A DNA stretch of 64,000 nucleotides from a virus, in IMG/VR virus record IMGVR_UViG_3300021376_000010. One strand, 5' to 3'. Numbering within the stretch: position 1 is the stretch's first letter; the number at the start of each line of letters is the position of its first letter. Positions 26,810 to 39,500 of this stretch are shown piece by piece. A model generated the notes under the pieces. That model was given only the letters and a program-made list of their open reading frames with translations, ran no database searches and was not told the DNA's origin. The position numbers and the translations under genes were made by a program.

Positions 26810-29389
26810 TTAGGAGTTTGTTCTTGGGTTATATATTACTCTAGATTTCCCACCTTCAAGACTATTTAAATCTTCCCAATTTGGATCATTTGCTGTTCTT
26901 GACTCATTTCCTTGATAAAATCTTCCAGTAGATGTTTGTGTAATAATTGAACTCTTCAAATATTTTCTGACATCTCTCCAAGTCCAATTCCTATTATCTT
27001 GCATAAGAGTTGATATAAAACCAGCAGCAACTGGACATGCAGCACTTGTTCCACCAAAACTAGCATCAGATGCTTGAGATATTTTTCCATTAGCACCAAT
27101 TTGCAAATCTATTTGTGCTGGGGTGTTTTCATAAAAAATCATTTCCCATACAACTGTTGGAGATCCAAGAACACCCCCATAATAGGTTGTATGTCCTTCA
27201 TACCTCACTCTAAAAGTTCTATTTGGAGATAAACCAGAGGTTAGATAATATATTCTTTGACAAGAAGCATCTGATGCCGTTATATAAATTTTTGGATATG
27301 CGACTCCAGTTGCATTGTAATCATAACTAATTTCCTGATCATAATTTGGTACAGAAGACCTTGCTCCAAAAGTTACATAAGAATTTGAATTAACATAAAT
27401 TTCATTTGTTGTCACACTTCCGAAATTAATATTCCATGGAATTGTAATATCCCAAAAACCATCATCATTTCCACCGTATTGAGGATGACCAATTGATGCA
27501 GTTACTGTGCTAACTCCTGAAGGACCTACTATTGTATTTGCGATAGAGACGATAGTAGCAGAATTATTGACTGTTGTTGTTATTCTACGTCCAGTATTGC
27601 TACCAAATGTTAAAGTATCTCCACTCATATATGCAGCAGTTACGGCAATTCCAATTGCCCCATTAATAACTAAGGATAAACCAGGATATGTATCTGCTCT
27701 CACACCAACAGCAGGATATCCACCACGATTTGCTGCCAATGTTCCATCTGCTGCAGCATAAATGTCAATTTCATTTCCCATATCACTATAGTCTACTTTT
27801 CTTTCCTTTCCATCGGGTTGATAATCATCGTCCAATGCACCTACATTTATGACTGGGTATTCTCCTGAAGCAGTTTTTCCCAATTGTTGTGGAAATCCTC
27901 TTCTATTTGTTGTGTTGTATGCGGTGTAACCAAACTCAGTATGAGTTGCAGAAATTAGTGAAACTCCAATTCCTTGGGCAGTTGTTGCCCAATAATTATT
28001 ATAATCTGGATGTGATGGACTTACTTGTTTTTGATTGCTATTTCCTGCAGCTCCAATAAAAATAACTCCAGAATTAACACATTCATTGCCTGCAGTTACA
28101 ATAGAACTTGGAGCATGTTCTCCTTTCATTCTTCCACTATCACCAGTAGTACCGACATATTTAAAATAACCTGGTGCTGTTCCAGATGTATATGTTACTC
28201 CTATTCCACCACTAGTACCTTGTCTATAAAAATAAAATCCATTTGTTAGATGTCCTATTGCACGATACCCCCAACTATTACTACTTACTGTTGGATTTCT
28301 ATTTCCATACTTTGGATTGACTGGTTTATTTTGATGAAAAATTTTTAATATATCAAAATATATTTCAATTGCTGGAGAAAAACCACCAATTGAATCAATT
28401 AAGAATTTATTTGAATTATACGCCCAACCCATAGTTCTTCCATAGGTTAAGGCACAGCAAGGAGTTCCATGATCTCCTTCTGCGGAAACTGTACTATTTG
28501 AACCGTTGCAATTTGCTCTAGTATAATTAGCAGGAATATTAACAGTACCAATTGAAGAAAATTTTGCTGATCTTTGATTAGAAGTTGACCACCAAGATTT
28601 TGCAACAGATTCGACTGGTACTGTCGTTCCGTCCCAACGGGTTATTAATCTACTTCCAGGAGAACCCTCAAACCATTCTGGGTCAATATAGTATGGTGCA
28701 TCTAGAATTAAATCTAGTAAATCACATGTTCCAGTTGTAGCAGATACTGCTGCTGGATGCCAACCTGCCTTTAATACATTTCCCCCGATATAATCCACTG
28801 GAGAATTTGAAGTTCCAGCATTACTTTGAAATTCTGGATGCCCAAACCAACAACCATCATCAGAAACTATTACATCGACATCAAATCCACTTGCATGTCC
28901 AGGAACTCTACTCGTTAAAACCTGTCTTGCTCCAGTAGATAAACCAGTTTGCCAACTATCATTTTTTTGAGAATGTCTTAATAGAGAATATCCACATCTA
29001 CTAATGTCGGTAGAGTCTGGTGATGCTGGCAATAAATTTCCACCATTAAAAAAATCTCTATATTGTTTTGTATTATTGTTGTATCTAAATTCTGGTATTA
29101 CCCCAATTGGGAGATTATATAATTCTCTTGGTCGTGGTTTTGGATATGCCTCTGTATGTACTTGAGGATCCAAATGAATGTAATGAATTGAGGGGTGATT
29201 CTTCAATTCTACTGCTTCTTCATCAGTTAGAAGATAAGATGCTCTTGTTTCACTAAATTCCTTTAAATCAGCACATTCAACACATCTTGATGGAATGCAT
29301 GAGTCTATACAACCATCATTTATTAGTTCCTGATGTAATTGTTGCCATTCTTCTGCCGTACTGCAACCAAGTGTGTATTGATTTTCCAT
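26810..29389 (-). CDS. Subtilisin-like (S8) serine protease with propeptide and inserted domain
   Basis: Triad motifs DVIVSDDG (Asp), GDHGTPCCA (His), FGGTSAACPVAAG (Ser); oxyanion AAGNS. N-terminal propeptide-like YLLTDEEAVELKNHP. Start likely ATG 29389 (MENQY), just after the upstream stop. Confidence 0.85.
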   Translation of the reverse strand: MENQYTLGCSTAEEWQQLHQELINDGCIDSCIPSRCVECADLKEFSETRASYLLTDEEAVELKNHPSIHYIHLDPQVHTEAYPKPRPRELYNLPIGVIPEFRYNNNTKQYRDFFNGGNLLPASPDSTDISRCGYSLLRHSQKNDSWQTGLSTGARQVLTSRVPGHASGFDVDVIVSDDGCWFGHPEFQSNAGTSNSPVDYIGGNVLKAGWHPAAVSATTGTCDLLDLILDAPYYIDPEWFEGSPGSRLITRWDGTTVPVESVAKSWWSTSNQRSAKFSSIGTVNIPANYTRANCNGSNSTVSAEGDHGTPCCALTYGRTMGWAYNSNKFLIDSIGGFSPAIEIYFDILKIFHQNKPVNPKYGNRNPTVSSNSWGYRAIGHLTNGFYFYRQGTSGGIGVTYTSGTAPGYFKYVGTTGDSGRMKGEHAPSSIVTAGNECVNSGVIFIGAAGNSNQKQVSPSHPDYNNYWATTAQGIGVSLISATHTEFGYTAYNTTNRRGFPQQLGKTASGEYPVINVGALDDDYQPDGKERKVDYSDMGNEIDIYAAADGTLAANRGGYPAVGVRADTYPGLSLVINGAIGIAVTAAYMSGDTLTFGSNTGRRITTTVNNSATIVSIANTIVGPSGVSTVTASIGHPQYGGNDDGFWDITIPWNINFGSVTTNEIYVNSNSYVTFGARSSVPNYDQEISYDYNATGVAYPKIYITASDASCQRIYYLTSGLSPNRTFRVRYEGHTTYYGGVLGSPTVVWEMIFYENTPAQIDLQIGANGKISQASDASFGGTSAACPVAAGFISTLMQDNRNWTWRDVRKYLKSSIITQTSTGRFYQGNESRTANDPNWEDLNSLEGGKSRVIYNPRTNS

Positions 29390-29390
29390 A

Positions 29391-30752
29391 TTAGAGCAAT
29401 CCTCCTCTTGCAAATCTGTATGTGGTTAAACCAGAAATAGTGGATGCTGGAGTAATTCTGAGTTGGCAAACTCCAGATGATATCGTTGCTCCGAATGAAA
29501 CAACAGGAGTATTATTAAAGATAATTGAATATTCTTGTGAATATGCTGTAGTCCCTCCGACCATTACCACACATTTCTGTGTTTGAATATTGAGACCATT
29601 TTCAACATGGATTAAATATTCTAATGATTTAAATGACTTTGTTGAAACTGGGAATGAATCAAAGGTAAATGCTACTCCAACAGTAGCACTAAATGTTCCT
29701 ACACCTGTAGATACTGCATATCTCTCGATTTGTAATTTTTCTAATGGATTTGTGGTTCCTATGCCAACATTAGAGAGAGTGTGGATTCCTATTCCTGTAG
29801 ATGTCCAATATGATTCTCCCCCTCCTCCTCCTCCTCCTCCAGTGGCACTAATAGTTACTTGTCCTGTAGAACCACTAAGAATTATATTTGAACCCGCAAC
29901 TAGTGAAGTTACCACTCCTGATAAATTTACTCCAGAACCACTAAAAGTCGTTGCAGTTAAAATACCGACAATTTTGGTATCACCTATTACTGTAAGTTTT
30001 GATGTTGGATTTATTGTCCCTATACCTACCTTAGAAATTCCATTTATGTAAATGTCACTAGTGTATCTTGCCTTTCCTGTTTGATCTACACTAACTATTT
30101 GTCCAGGAAGACCAGTAGTTGTTCCTAATCCAACAGATCCCTCTGCATAAAGTGCAGTTCTTGATTTTAAATGCCAGGCATCAACCCATCCAGGATTGAG
30201 AGATGTATTATCATTAATTCCACCAATAGTAACTGTAGGATAACCACCAGAAGTATCACCAATTCTTAACCAACCTCTTTCATTATTTGATGAATCTTGA
30301 ATCTTTACAGTTCCACTAACTTGAAATTTTGCTGAAGGATTTGTAATTCCAATACCAACACTTGAAGTAGTATTAATTCCAGAACCAGTTATTGCCCATG
30401 GGTTGATAAGACCAGGGATATTATAAAGACCAGATGCATCTCCAATAAATTTAAAAGCAGTTATTATTCCTGTAGTGTTTATGTTTGCAGTTGATGTTAA
30501 TGCTGAAGAAATTCCAGAACTTGCAGAATATATTGCGTATGCAGATAAACCAGAATTATTGGAATATGATGAGATACCAGAAAGAGCAGCATATGAAGAA
30601 ATACCAGCAGAAGAAGCATAAGTTGCCACTCCTGCTGTTGTTGCATATCCCGAAGCATTCAAATTTTGAAGTTGTTCTACGTCAACAGCAATAGAATTAA
30701 TTACTAATCTCTGTTGTTCAAAAGTTGAATTAATACCTACATTTCTAGCCAT
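29391..30752 (-). CDS. Tail fibre-like protein
   Basis: STFEQQR..IN N-terminus, YA..AGISS repeats, VGIGT.NP repeats, Gly8 linker. Confidence 0.7.
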   Translation of the reverse strand: MARNVGINSTFEQQRLVINSIAVDVEQLQNLNASGYATTAGVATYASSAGISSYAALSGISSYSNNSGLSAYAIYSASSGISSALTSTANINTTGIITAFKFIGDASGLYNIPGLINPWAITGSGINTTSSVGIGITNPSAKFQVSGTVKIQDSSNNERGWLRIGDTSGGYPTVTIGGINDNTSLNPGWVDAWHLKSRTALYAEGSVGLGTTTGLPGQIVSVDQTGKARYTSDIYINGISKVGIGTINPTSKLTVIGDTKIVGILTATTFSGSGVNLSGVVTSLVAGSNIILSGSTGQVTISATGGGGGGGGESYWTSTGIGIHTLSNVGIGTTNPLEKLQIERYAVSTGVGTFSATVGVAFTFDSFPVSTKSFKSLEYLIHVENGLNIQTQKCVVMVGGTTAYSQEYSIIFNNTPVVSFGATISSGVCQLRITPASTISGLTTYRFARGGLL

Positions 30753-30787
30753 AATTCCTTTTAGTCTATTGATAAAAAATTATAAAG

Positions 30788-30818
30788 AAAAAATAAGGGG
30801 ATTACATTTGCAATCCCC
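30788..30818 (-). terminator. Rho-independent terminator
   Basis: Minus strand GGGGATTGC-AAAT-GTAATCCCC then TTATTTTTT, downstream of the stop at 30849. Confidence 0.85.
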
Positions 30819-30848
30819 ACATGATAAATATATTCTTTTTTTGAAAAA

Positions 30849-32228
30849 TCAGTCGAGGCTGATGTTTAGAGTAACCTTAATTTGGTCTCCGTTGTTCTGA
30901 ATGTTGTATGGACCGTTTGTAAATCTTTCAGCAAACATGATGCTACTGTAAAGAGTTGCACTTCCAACTCCAGCAAGTGCGGGAGATGTTCTGAAAACGT
31001 TTGTTCCTACAGTCTCAAAAATTGTATATGTTGAAGATGAAGTTGTAGTGTTTGCTGTTCCTGCTGCAATGTAAATTACATCTCCACGGACTAATCCGTG
31101 GTTTAAAGCGGTTACTTCACTGAAATTGAAATAGACAGTAGCACCAGTAGCAGCCTGAATGTTGTTTACTAGGTTATTGCTTAAGTAAACAATTCTCTGA
31201 CTTTCATCAAAACCAGTTACTAAAGTATTTGATGGGATTGCATTAACTTCCCCAACAACGTTTCCGTGAGTAACTGCCATACCCACAGTAATGTTTTCTC
31301 CAACATTTTCTGTAAAGGTAACAATTCCAGTAACTGTGGTTGTGTTTCCTTTATCTAGTACAATAGTATTAGTACCAGCAACACCTACAACTCTTGCGTT
31401 TGCTGCAACTCCAGTTCCAACAACTCTCTGATTTGTTGTGATGCCAGTTGGATTGTCAACTGTTACTATGAACTGTCCAGTTGAACCAACTCCAGTTGGA
31501 CTATATTTTTTATCAAACAGGGTTACGTAGTTTCTACCAATAGTTCCTGTTGTCTGAGTTTTCGCAACTGCTACTGCGGTTGAAACTGATGCAGCATCTT
31601 GAACACCATGAATTTCAACAGGCATATTATTTGCTCTTACCAAATAATAACCATACTGATTATTAGCAGCAGAACTAAATGTAAATGTTTGCTCTGGATA
31701 TGATGCAGTGGTTGTTCCTCTACCAAATTCTAATGATTGGTTTAAGAATGTACCAGTGTTTGGAACGGTTAGGACGATTGTGTTTCCATCAATAGCAGCA
31801 ACTGTAGCACGGTTGCCAACACCACCACCAGAAACGTAATGACCAACTGCGATGTTTGTGGTTGATGATACGGTGATTGTATACTGGTTTACAGTTCCAG
31901 AACCATTTGTAGTAACAATTGGAGTAGTAATTGTTCTAACATTCCATGAGTTTCCATTGAGCAAAATACCAAATTGCTCTGAATAATCTTGGTCAAATCT
32001 ATTATTGATTACTCTTGGATATCCGTTAGATGGATCAGTTCCGTAACCAACGTTACCAGAAGCATTAAATGGTTCATAATATTTAATTTGATCAGGAACA
32101 TCAGATTCCGCTGGGGTTGTGTCACTTGAATATAGCTTAAGAATTAAATTTCTTGGGATTTCGTGATTGCTATTTACAAGGTATCTTAGGGATTGAAGTT
32201 CGCCACAATCTGGTACTAATAGTGCCAT
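30849..32228 (-). CDS. Virion structural protein
   Basis: 459 aa, own late promoter, AGGAG RBS and terminator (monocistronic unit). MALLVPD.GE..L..LILKLY / FAERF..GPY.IQNNGDQIKVT termini. Confidence 0.7.
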   Translation of the reverse strand: MALLVPDCGELQSLRYLVNSNHEIPRNLILKLYSSDTTPAESDVPDQIKYYEPFNASGNVGYGTDPSNGYPRVINNRFDQDYSEQFGILLNGNSWNVRTITTPIVTTNGSGTVNQYTITVSSTTNIAVGHYVSGGGVGNRATVAAIDGNTIVLTVPNTGTFLNQSLEFGRGTTTASYPEQTFTFSSAANNQYGYYLVRANNMPVEIHGVQDAASVSTAVAVAKTQTTGTIGRNYVTLFDKKYSPTGVGSTGQFIVTVDNPTGITTNQRVVGTGVAANARVVGVAGTNTIVLDKGNTTTVTGIVTFTENVGENITVGMAVTHGNVVGEVNAIPSNTLVTGFDESQRIVYLSNNLVNNIQAATGATVYFNFSEVTALNHGLVRGDVIYIAAGTANTTTSSSTYTIFETVGTNVFRTSPALAGVGSATLYSSIMFAERFTNGPYNIQNNGDQIKVTLNISLD

Positions 32229-32271
32229 TGATAATGTCTCCTAACTCGTTTATGAATTAACGTTATATTCT

Positions 32272-32279
32272 TATTTATA
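32272..32279 (-). promoter_or_regulatory. T4-type late promoter TATAAATA
   Basis: Perfect consensus in the intergenic gap upstream of ATG 32228. Confidence 0.75.
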
Positions 32280-32291
32280 TATTGTTAAAAA

Positions 32292-32999
32292 TTAAATTTT
32301 TAACTTCAAAAATACTGAGCATCTCTGTATTCCAACACAACTCAGCACTTGAAATCTCAATACATCACCAAGTTCTAGTGATTTTGTCCATGTCGTAAGA
32401 TTATCATCTTTATTCTTGTTTTGATTATTTAGTATAGGATACTCGTTTCCTACAATAGAACTAAAATTATTTGGAAAATTAGTATAAGATGATTTTTCAA
32501 TATTAAATGCTATTGTTCCTGTTGTTTCTGATAATATTGTCCACGATTCTAATGTTCCCGTAGCATCCAGTGTTAAATATCCCTTATTTCCAGGAGTAAT
32601 ATCTTGAGACCCATTATCAACCATAAAAATAATGGTCCTTGTTAAATCTGCCGTTGTTTGTAGTGCTATTCCAGAAAAATTTGATCCAGATACTGGGGGA
32701 TTTGTAAAATATAAAGTATTTCCAGATACTTGATAATCAACAATTGGTCTTAAAACTATTCCATTAATTGAAATCACCAACTGCTGCTCATTTGCTGGTC
32801 TATATGGTTGACCATTTACTGTTAATAAAAAAGATTTAGTGGACCCATTAAATTGTACTGATATATTATCCAATATTAAATTAGTATATTGGATACTTCT
32901 TAGTGGTGCCTCATAATTTACACCAATATTATATTGGTCTTCTGGAACTAAATTAACATTAAAATTGGGAGATGATACTACTACATCGTAGTTGCTCAT
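32292..32999 (-). CDS. Baseplate/tail-associated structural protein
   Basis: LDNISVQFNG..F.L..QLVISINGIVL.P..DY..F..PP module shared with the gp7-like proteins. ATGA-coupled. Confidence 0.65.
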   Translation of the reverse strand: MSNYDVVVSSPNFNVNLVPEDQYNIGVNYEAPLRSIQYTNLILDNISVQFNGSTKSFLLTVNGQPYRPANEQQLVISINGIVLRPIVDYQVSGNTLYFTNPPVSGSNFSGIALQTTADLTRTIIFMVDNGSQDITPGNKGYLTLDATGTLESWTILSETTGTIAFNIEKSSYTNFPNNFSSIVGNEYPILNNQNKNKDDNLTTWTKSLELGDVLRFQVLSCVGIQRCSVFLKLKI

Positions 33000-33331
33000 A
33001 TACTAACTCCAGGAGTAACTAAAAGACTTCCTTGAACAACTCTTGTATTATAATTTGATGGAGATGTAATTACAACATCATAAACATATCTTCCTCCTTC
33101 CATTAATGAGGTTTCTGTTTTTGCCATTGAAACCATTATCTTTCCCTGTGGTCTATCAGGGAAAGAAATAGTAAATGGGTATGTTTTTGATGAATATGGA
33201 CTCTTTTTGATATAACTTATTGCAGTATAGTTGAATAAGTTCAATCTTGAACCATTTTCATTATAAATCGTGAAGGTACTTTGAAAATCTGTACCTTGTT
33301 CTAAAACGAGATTTATAATCTTAGCAGACAT
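32996..33331 (-). CDS. Small baseplate-associated protein (BppU N-terminal-like)
   Basis: NLVLEQGTDF..GRYVYDVVI..RVVQG..VTPGV. Confidence 0.65.
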   Translation of the reverse strand: MSAKIINLVLEQGTDFQSTFTIYNENGSRLNLFNYTAISYIKKSPYSSKTYPFTISFPDRPQGKIMVSMAKTETSLMEGGRYVYDVVITSPSNYNTRVVQGSLLVTPGVSI

Positions 33332-33347
33332 TGCAAGAAGTTACTTT

Positions 33348-33551
33348 TTAGTTATTTATTCTTTCTACCAATAATTTTAGGCAATCTTTTATTTCTTGGA
33401 TATCTGATTTTATGTTATCCAATTCTTGCTTTTCTTGTAACTTTCTATTCTTTATTTTCATATACTCATTGTATTCGTGTTCATTGCAATTCAAAACTGC
33501 ATTGGTCTCTTCATCTCTAAAGAGACCATTACTATCTTTTATTGGTATCAT
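33348..33551 (-). CDS. Small conserved coiled-coil protein
   Basis: 67 aa, LFRDEETNAVLN..EY..Y then heptads. ATGA-coupled to the VrlC-like gene. Confidence 0.65.
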   Translation of the reverse strand: MIPIKDSNGLFRDEETNAVLNCNEHEYNEYMKIKNRKLQEKQELDNIKSDIQEIKDCLKLLVERINN

Positions 33552-36500
33552 AATACTGCGATTGCTCTTAGATCTTTAATTTTTGGTACAACTGATTGAT
33601 TTCTTCCTGCCATAATAATTTTTATTTGGAACCCATTGAATAATGGTAGGTCTTTGGCAGTATATTCATAACTTCTATATTCTGATTCCGAAGAAGAAGG
33701 TAAAACATTGATATCTGGAGTACCATCATTATTTTTTGGATCAATCACATTGCCATTTAAATCTACATTTCTAAAACCAGGGAACAATTCAAATAGTTGT
33801 TGGTCATCTGGAGTATCAGATCTCAACAAACGATACATTACTATAATTTCATTTGAAACATCTCTATAAGCATCAAAGTAAACTTTGAGGCTATCTGCAC
33901 CTTTTTGTAATCTAATTATTTTAGAAATATAAATTGCAGAAGTTGGGTCATCATAAAGACTATTGACTCTAGGATCAGTTACATAATTTGCAACTGGTCT
34001 ATCAAGTCTATTCATTGTTGTAATAATATTAACTCTATCTAAATCTATAATTGGTGAAACTTTAGTATCACTAGTAGAAAGAGTCATTTCCATAACAAAG
34101 GACTTATATCCGAGGTAACTCTGGAGATTTGCAACTTCATTGACCCTTGATGCAATAATTCTTGGATTATCAAAGTAATTATTTGAGTTCAATGATATTG
34201 ATTCAAATTCTTTAGCACTGAATGGTAGTTCAGTTCCATTTACACTCTTCCCAGTCACTGTTCTGATTTTTGCATCAAGTGATGTTGTTTCTGGAAGAAG
34301 TGATTGAATATTTGGTCTTAAACTATCAAATTGTATATTTTGAGATGCCTTTGGTCCAGAAATAGTATTTGCTCCAGGAGCAACAACATTCAAATCATAT
34401 GTTCCACCTGTCTTTGTTTCACTAAAGAATAATTTTGGTGGACCAAATCTTCTATCTTTTCCTTTCTCGTCAGTTTTTACTTTAACATGATAACTATCAA
34501 GAGTGATTGGGTACTTATTGATATCTACATCTGCAAATGAGTGTGTTCGATTTATTCTTCTTAAAGAAATACCATTAAATTCATATTTAAATACTGGAGA
34601 ACCAGAGAAGTGGTATGGTATAACTGTGACATTAAAAACACCAGGATTGTTAATATCAATTCCTCTAGTTATACCAGTAAGTGTATTTGCAGCAGAGTCA
34701 TATCCAGTGTATCTGATTATTTCATTACTTACCTTGATATATCCTGGATTATCCGATGATACTCCAATATTTTCAAAACTAGTAAAAATTCCAACGGAAG
34801 ATACTTGTATACTTCCAGTTGCAGCCTGATTGAAGTCACTTACTAATTTTTGTGGAGGAACATCCGATTCAATTCCATAAAGAGTAACCATATTATTATC
34901 AGAATACATTCCATGATTATTATGATTTACTTTGAAATGCAATCCATCAGTTAAGAGTTCAGAGTAATTTACAAGTCCATTTGAAATTGTTGATATTCCA
35001 TTGCTTGGATTTACATAAGAAATCTCATTAGCAACATTCGATGTATTAATTTCATCTTGAACTCGATCTATAATCAATGAATTGAATGATGAAATGATTC
35101 CAACTGAATTTGGGATTGTTAATACCAAGTTTCTACCAAATCCACCAGTTTGACTGCTCGGAACAGTTAATGTATCACCAATAGCATAACCTGTTCCACC
35201 AATAGATACTGTTGCTGCAATTGCAACTCCAGATTGGATAGTCAAATTAACTTTAGCACCAGATCCTCTACCTGATAATGTAGTTAATGGGAGGTTATTG
35301 TATACTCTATTTTCAGTGTATCCAACTCCAGGATTTGTTATGCTGAGGTTTGAGTTAATTCCTACCGCACCTACAATGCTTGATAACTTTCCAGAGAAAT
35401 TAGGATAGTTAGATTGTAATATTGTGGTTCCAGGCACTAAATTAGTAACATCATAAGTAGATAATGTTCCTGAAAGACCGACTATAATTTTCTTAGAATA
35501 TGCAACTATTGGATTTGGTCGTAAAGAAGCAATTTGTCTATTTCCTACACCCAAATCGGGGTTGTAGAATCGGAAGCTTCCAGTGGTTGAAGTGAATTCT
35601 GCTCTATGTAGAATGAATTTTAGATCTTCCAACTGAGATGGTTCCCATGTAGCACCATTTTGTGATTTAAATAATGAACCAAGAGTTGGTTGCTGGGAAA
35701 CGATGATTTTTTCTGCCTCTGGTTTGTTAATTGTTGATACATCAACCTCAGTCATTCTCGAAATCCAAACATTATATGAGTTTGAATTTGAAATTAATAC
35801 AATAGCATAATCATTGCCACCTTCTAAAAATACTGGAGATGGGAAAGTAAATGTTGTTGAGACAGAAGCATCTTCAGATTTTTGAATTTGATCTGGATTT
35901 AAAACCACTTCACCAAATGGAAGAATTTCCTGTGATGGTAAACCAAGATATGATGTTCTTATCTGTAAAGTTATAGGGATATTTGCTTCGTCTTTAGTTC
36001 TGAAGAAAATTTCACATTTAGTTATGAATACACCATTGTTATCATTTACTTCAAATGTTTGAGCAAGTGGGTCTACCCATCTTCTCTGAATTACTCTAGT
36101 TGATATGACCGATCTATTAGTGAGAGTTGTATTTGCAACAAGTCTATCTTCAGTTTCTGTTAAAGTTCTAGAATCTGTTCTAATATTTCTTTCAATATCA
36201 GCATTCCTTACTCTCAAAGTCAAACTTTCTACATTATCTACTGTTCCACTAGAAGTAAAGTTTGCTTCAGCAATACTATCGACGGAACCACCAACAGTCG
36301 AATTTGTTGAACTTGTTGTCAATGCTAATGTTTTTGTTCCAGATTCAAATGTTGGATTTGATGGGATAGTTGGATCTGGAATGAATAAAGCACCAATAAA
36401 TGTTCCAGAAGAATCAGTAACAAGTCTAATGTCTGTTACTGTTGCAATCGCATTACTCAATGCTCCAACTAGTTGCATTGAAGGGGCAACAGATCCAAAG

Positions 36501-39500
36501 AATCTTGAATCTGCTTGGTTTTCTAAACTAGCAGTATCAACATTTAAGATGGTTGTTGTTGATGAATATGAACCAGATAATGAACTTGTTGGATTATATG
36601 GATTTTCCTTATAGAATTCTGTTGGTTGATTATAAGGTCCATATTTGTGATTTTGCTTAGCAAGTCTAAATGTAATTGCACGATTTACCCCAGTAACTGG
36701 CATAAATCCAGTTATAGTTTCACCTTCAATAAAGGTTCCGCTGGTCATTCTAACTTCAAGAAGTTTAGGGACCATGAATGTGGTCATATCCCTATTATCA
36801 AAGAATGCGTAGAATCTTGTTGATGGTTTTAATCTTCTTGCCAGAATTTCAATATTTCTAGACCTCATTAAGGTTAGGATTGCTCTAGACACAACTCTGT
36901 CCCCAAGACTGGTTGTATCAAATCTTTCACTGACTCCAAATTGTATACCTTGTCTAGTTTGTTCTGTTCTTGTTGTTACTGTATTATTTCTAAATTGAGT
37001 TAAGGAATCTTGGAAAATATCAGTAGTTGTAATTACATCGCCAGAAGTTACTGTTGTTGAAGATAATAAAGTTGATGGATTTTGTATCTGTGTGATTACA
37101 GGACCTTCAACGGTTGAGGTTCCTGTCCAGTTTGTTTCCCATGCATTCCAATTAATTGGAGATAGACCAGTATTGGTATCAACTCCAAGCATTTGAATTG
37201 CAGTATTGTAGTTGCCCTCTACATCTTGTGTTCTTTCAGTTCTTCTTGTTTCTATCCAAGTATCTGTAGATGGATTTAATTCAATAGTTCCAACCCAACT
37301 TGGAGTATTGAATGGGTTTACATTTTCCGATCTAGTTGCAAATCTGTTTTCTGTATAAACTACATCGGTATAATCTAAGCAAACAATGTCACCGATACGT
37401 TTTACATTTTTAGAACCAAGATCATTGGCAAATCTTAAATCCACATTTGGATTTGATGTTGTTCCAATACCAATGATTGCCTCAGACCCAAGTATTAAAT
37501 CAACAGAAGTTGTATAATGCTGAGGTCTTAAAACACCAAGTGCAGTATCAACACTTGCTTTATAAGATTGATTTGAAATATCTCCACCATAATAAGATTT
37601 GAAGTTATCCACAAAAAATCCAGATTTGAATTTATCAAGACCAGTTTGTGGATCCCTGATAGAAAGATTTTTAGTATCTGTTTCCAACAAAGACAGTGAG
37701 CTGTAATATTCTACGTTTGATAATCTATTTTCAAGTCTTGAGATATCTTTCATTGTATATCTCTTATGACTAGAAAGAGAAACTCTAACATCTTTCATAT
37801 CATAAAGATATGGTGGATAGTAGAATGTTGCAATCTCTAGAGCAGAATCTAAATTATTTGGTGCCTTTGGAAAATTTGATGAAACACCATTGTTAATGAC
37901 GAATGTTCCTTCTTTAGTTAGGAATAATTTATCTATTCTTGGTAGATAATAATTGTAAGAAAGGTTTATTATCCTATCTTTGGTTAAAATATGATTCGAT
38001 GCGTTTGCATTCAATGAAAATCTTCTGGATGAATATTCAAAAGGAGATTTTGTAGCAGTCAAAACATCAAATTGTGAAACTCTTGGTCTTAAATCGATAA
38101 TATCAGTGTTTCTATACCCGTCAATAATTGGGACATCTTTACTGTATCTATCCTTATCAAATGAATCCGCAGAAACAAAGTCACCAGGGTCAGAAGAATT
38201 AATTGTATAATGGTTGAATATAACTTTTATTTTTTTAGTTGGTGATGAAACTTCTTTTTTTCTAATTATTCTCGAATAATCATAATACTCTGGTCTCTGA
38301 CCATTATCCAAAATATAATTATCTTTAATATTTTTATCACCAATAGAAACCGCATTAATAGTACCAGAGATATTAGTCTCTGAAGACGTTACTCTTTCAC
38401 CTAATGAAAATCTATTTTCATTTAAGTAGACAATCTCAATGCTGTTTACTCCATCATTTCCTACATAAGAAGCAACGGCACCACTAGTGCTTCCAATTAT
38501 TCTCTCACCTTTAATAAAATTATTTAAACTTGAATTTAGAGATGTAAAATAAATTCTAGGTAGTGATGGTTCTGATGTTGCCGAAGATTCATAAATTCCA
38601 AGAATATTAACCACATCTGGAACATTTAAAGATATTGTTTTATCTTGAACTCTAAGACCATATGGTTTTCTATATGTAAGTCCATCATTTAATGTGGTTT
38701 TCCCAATTCCAGATGAAACTAGTGATGAACCATCAATAACTATGCTTGAGCATCTATTGAATAGTTTTTTCTTTAATTTTGTATTTACTTTTTTGTATGT
38801 TACCGTTAGTATTGCTTGACCATTTTGACTTAAATTGACTAAACTAACTGTTCTTCCAGAAACATATACTTTTTGATTATCCAAAGACTCTATGTTTCCA
38901 TTTAAAACATATGAAAGACTATAATCCTCTTCATCGAATGGTTCTAAATTTAAATCAACATTTGTTTCCAAATTACCATTAAATGAATTGTTAACTACTG
39001 TTACAATATACGATTTTCTTATAGAAATATCCGATGAACTTAGATCTAAATTGGAAATATTATTATTTCCAATTTTAGCATACAAAAATGCATTAGAGGT
39101 ATTTAAAACATCTAATGTTACTTTTTTGAAATCATTAGCAGTAATCACAGCAGAAGGCAATGTTCCATCAGAAACACCAGGAACTGTGTTAGTTGGTATC
39201 AGGATTAGTTTTTTCTCTGAAGTATTAATACTTACAACTTCATTATATGTTGGTACAACATTCCCTTGCTTTGTATAAGAAACAATATCCCCAGTTTTTA
39301 TGCCAACATAAAAATTGTTGGTTGAAGTTGTTACTGTACTGATTCCTGATGTCCCACTAGTAATGGTATATTGGACACCAGATTCTGTTAGGGATATTTT
39401 TTTGTTTAAAATTGGGTCAGCAGTAAAAGATCCAATTCCAGCAGCAGTGTTTATACCAACAATTTGATGGACATCTGTTAAATTATAATCTCTAACTCTT

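Noticed and set aside
29817-29840. (CCT)n microsatellite as a phase-variation tract
   Set aside because: Triplet repeat encoding a Gly8 linker; slippage would keep the frame.
30823-30830. Plus-strand GATAAATA suggesting an antisense late promoter
   Set aside because: Lies in a very AT-rich spacer with no plus-strand gene downstream; cannot be distinguished from chance.
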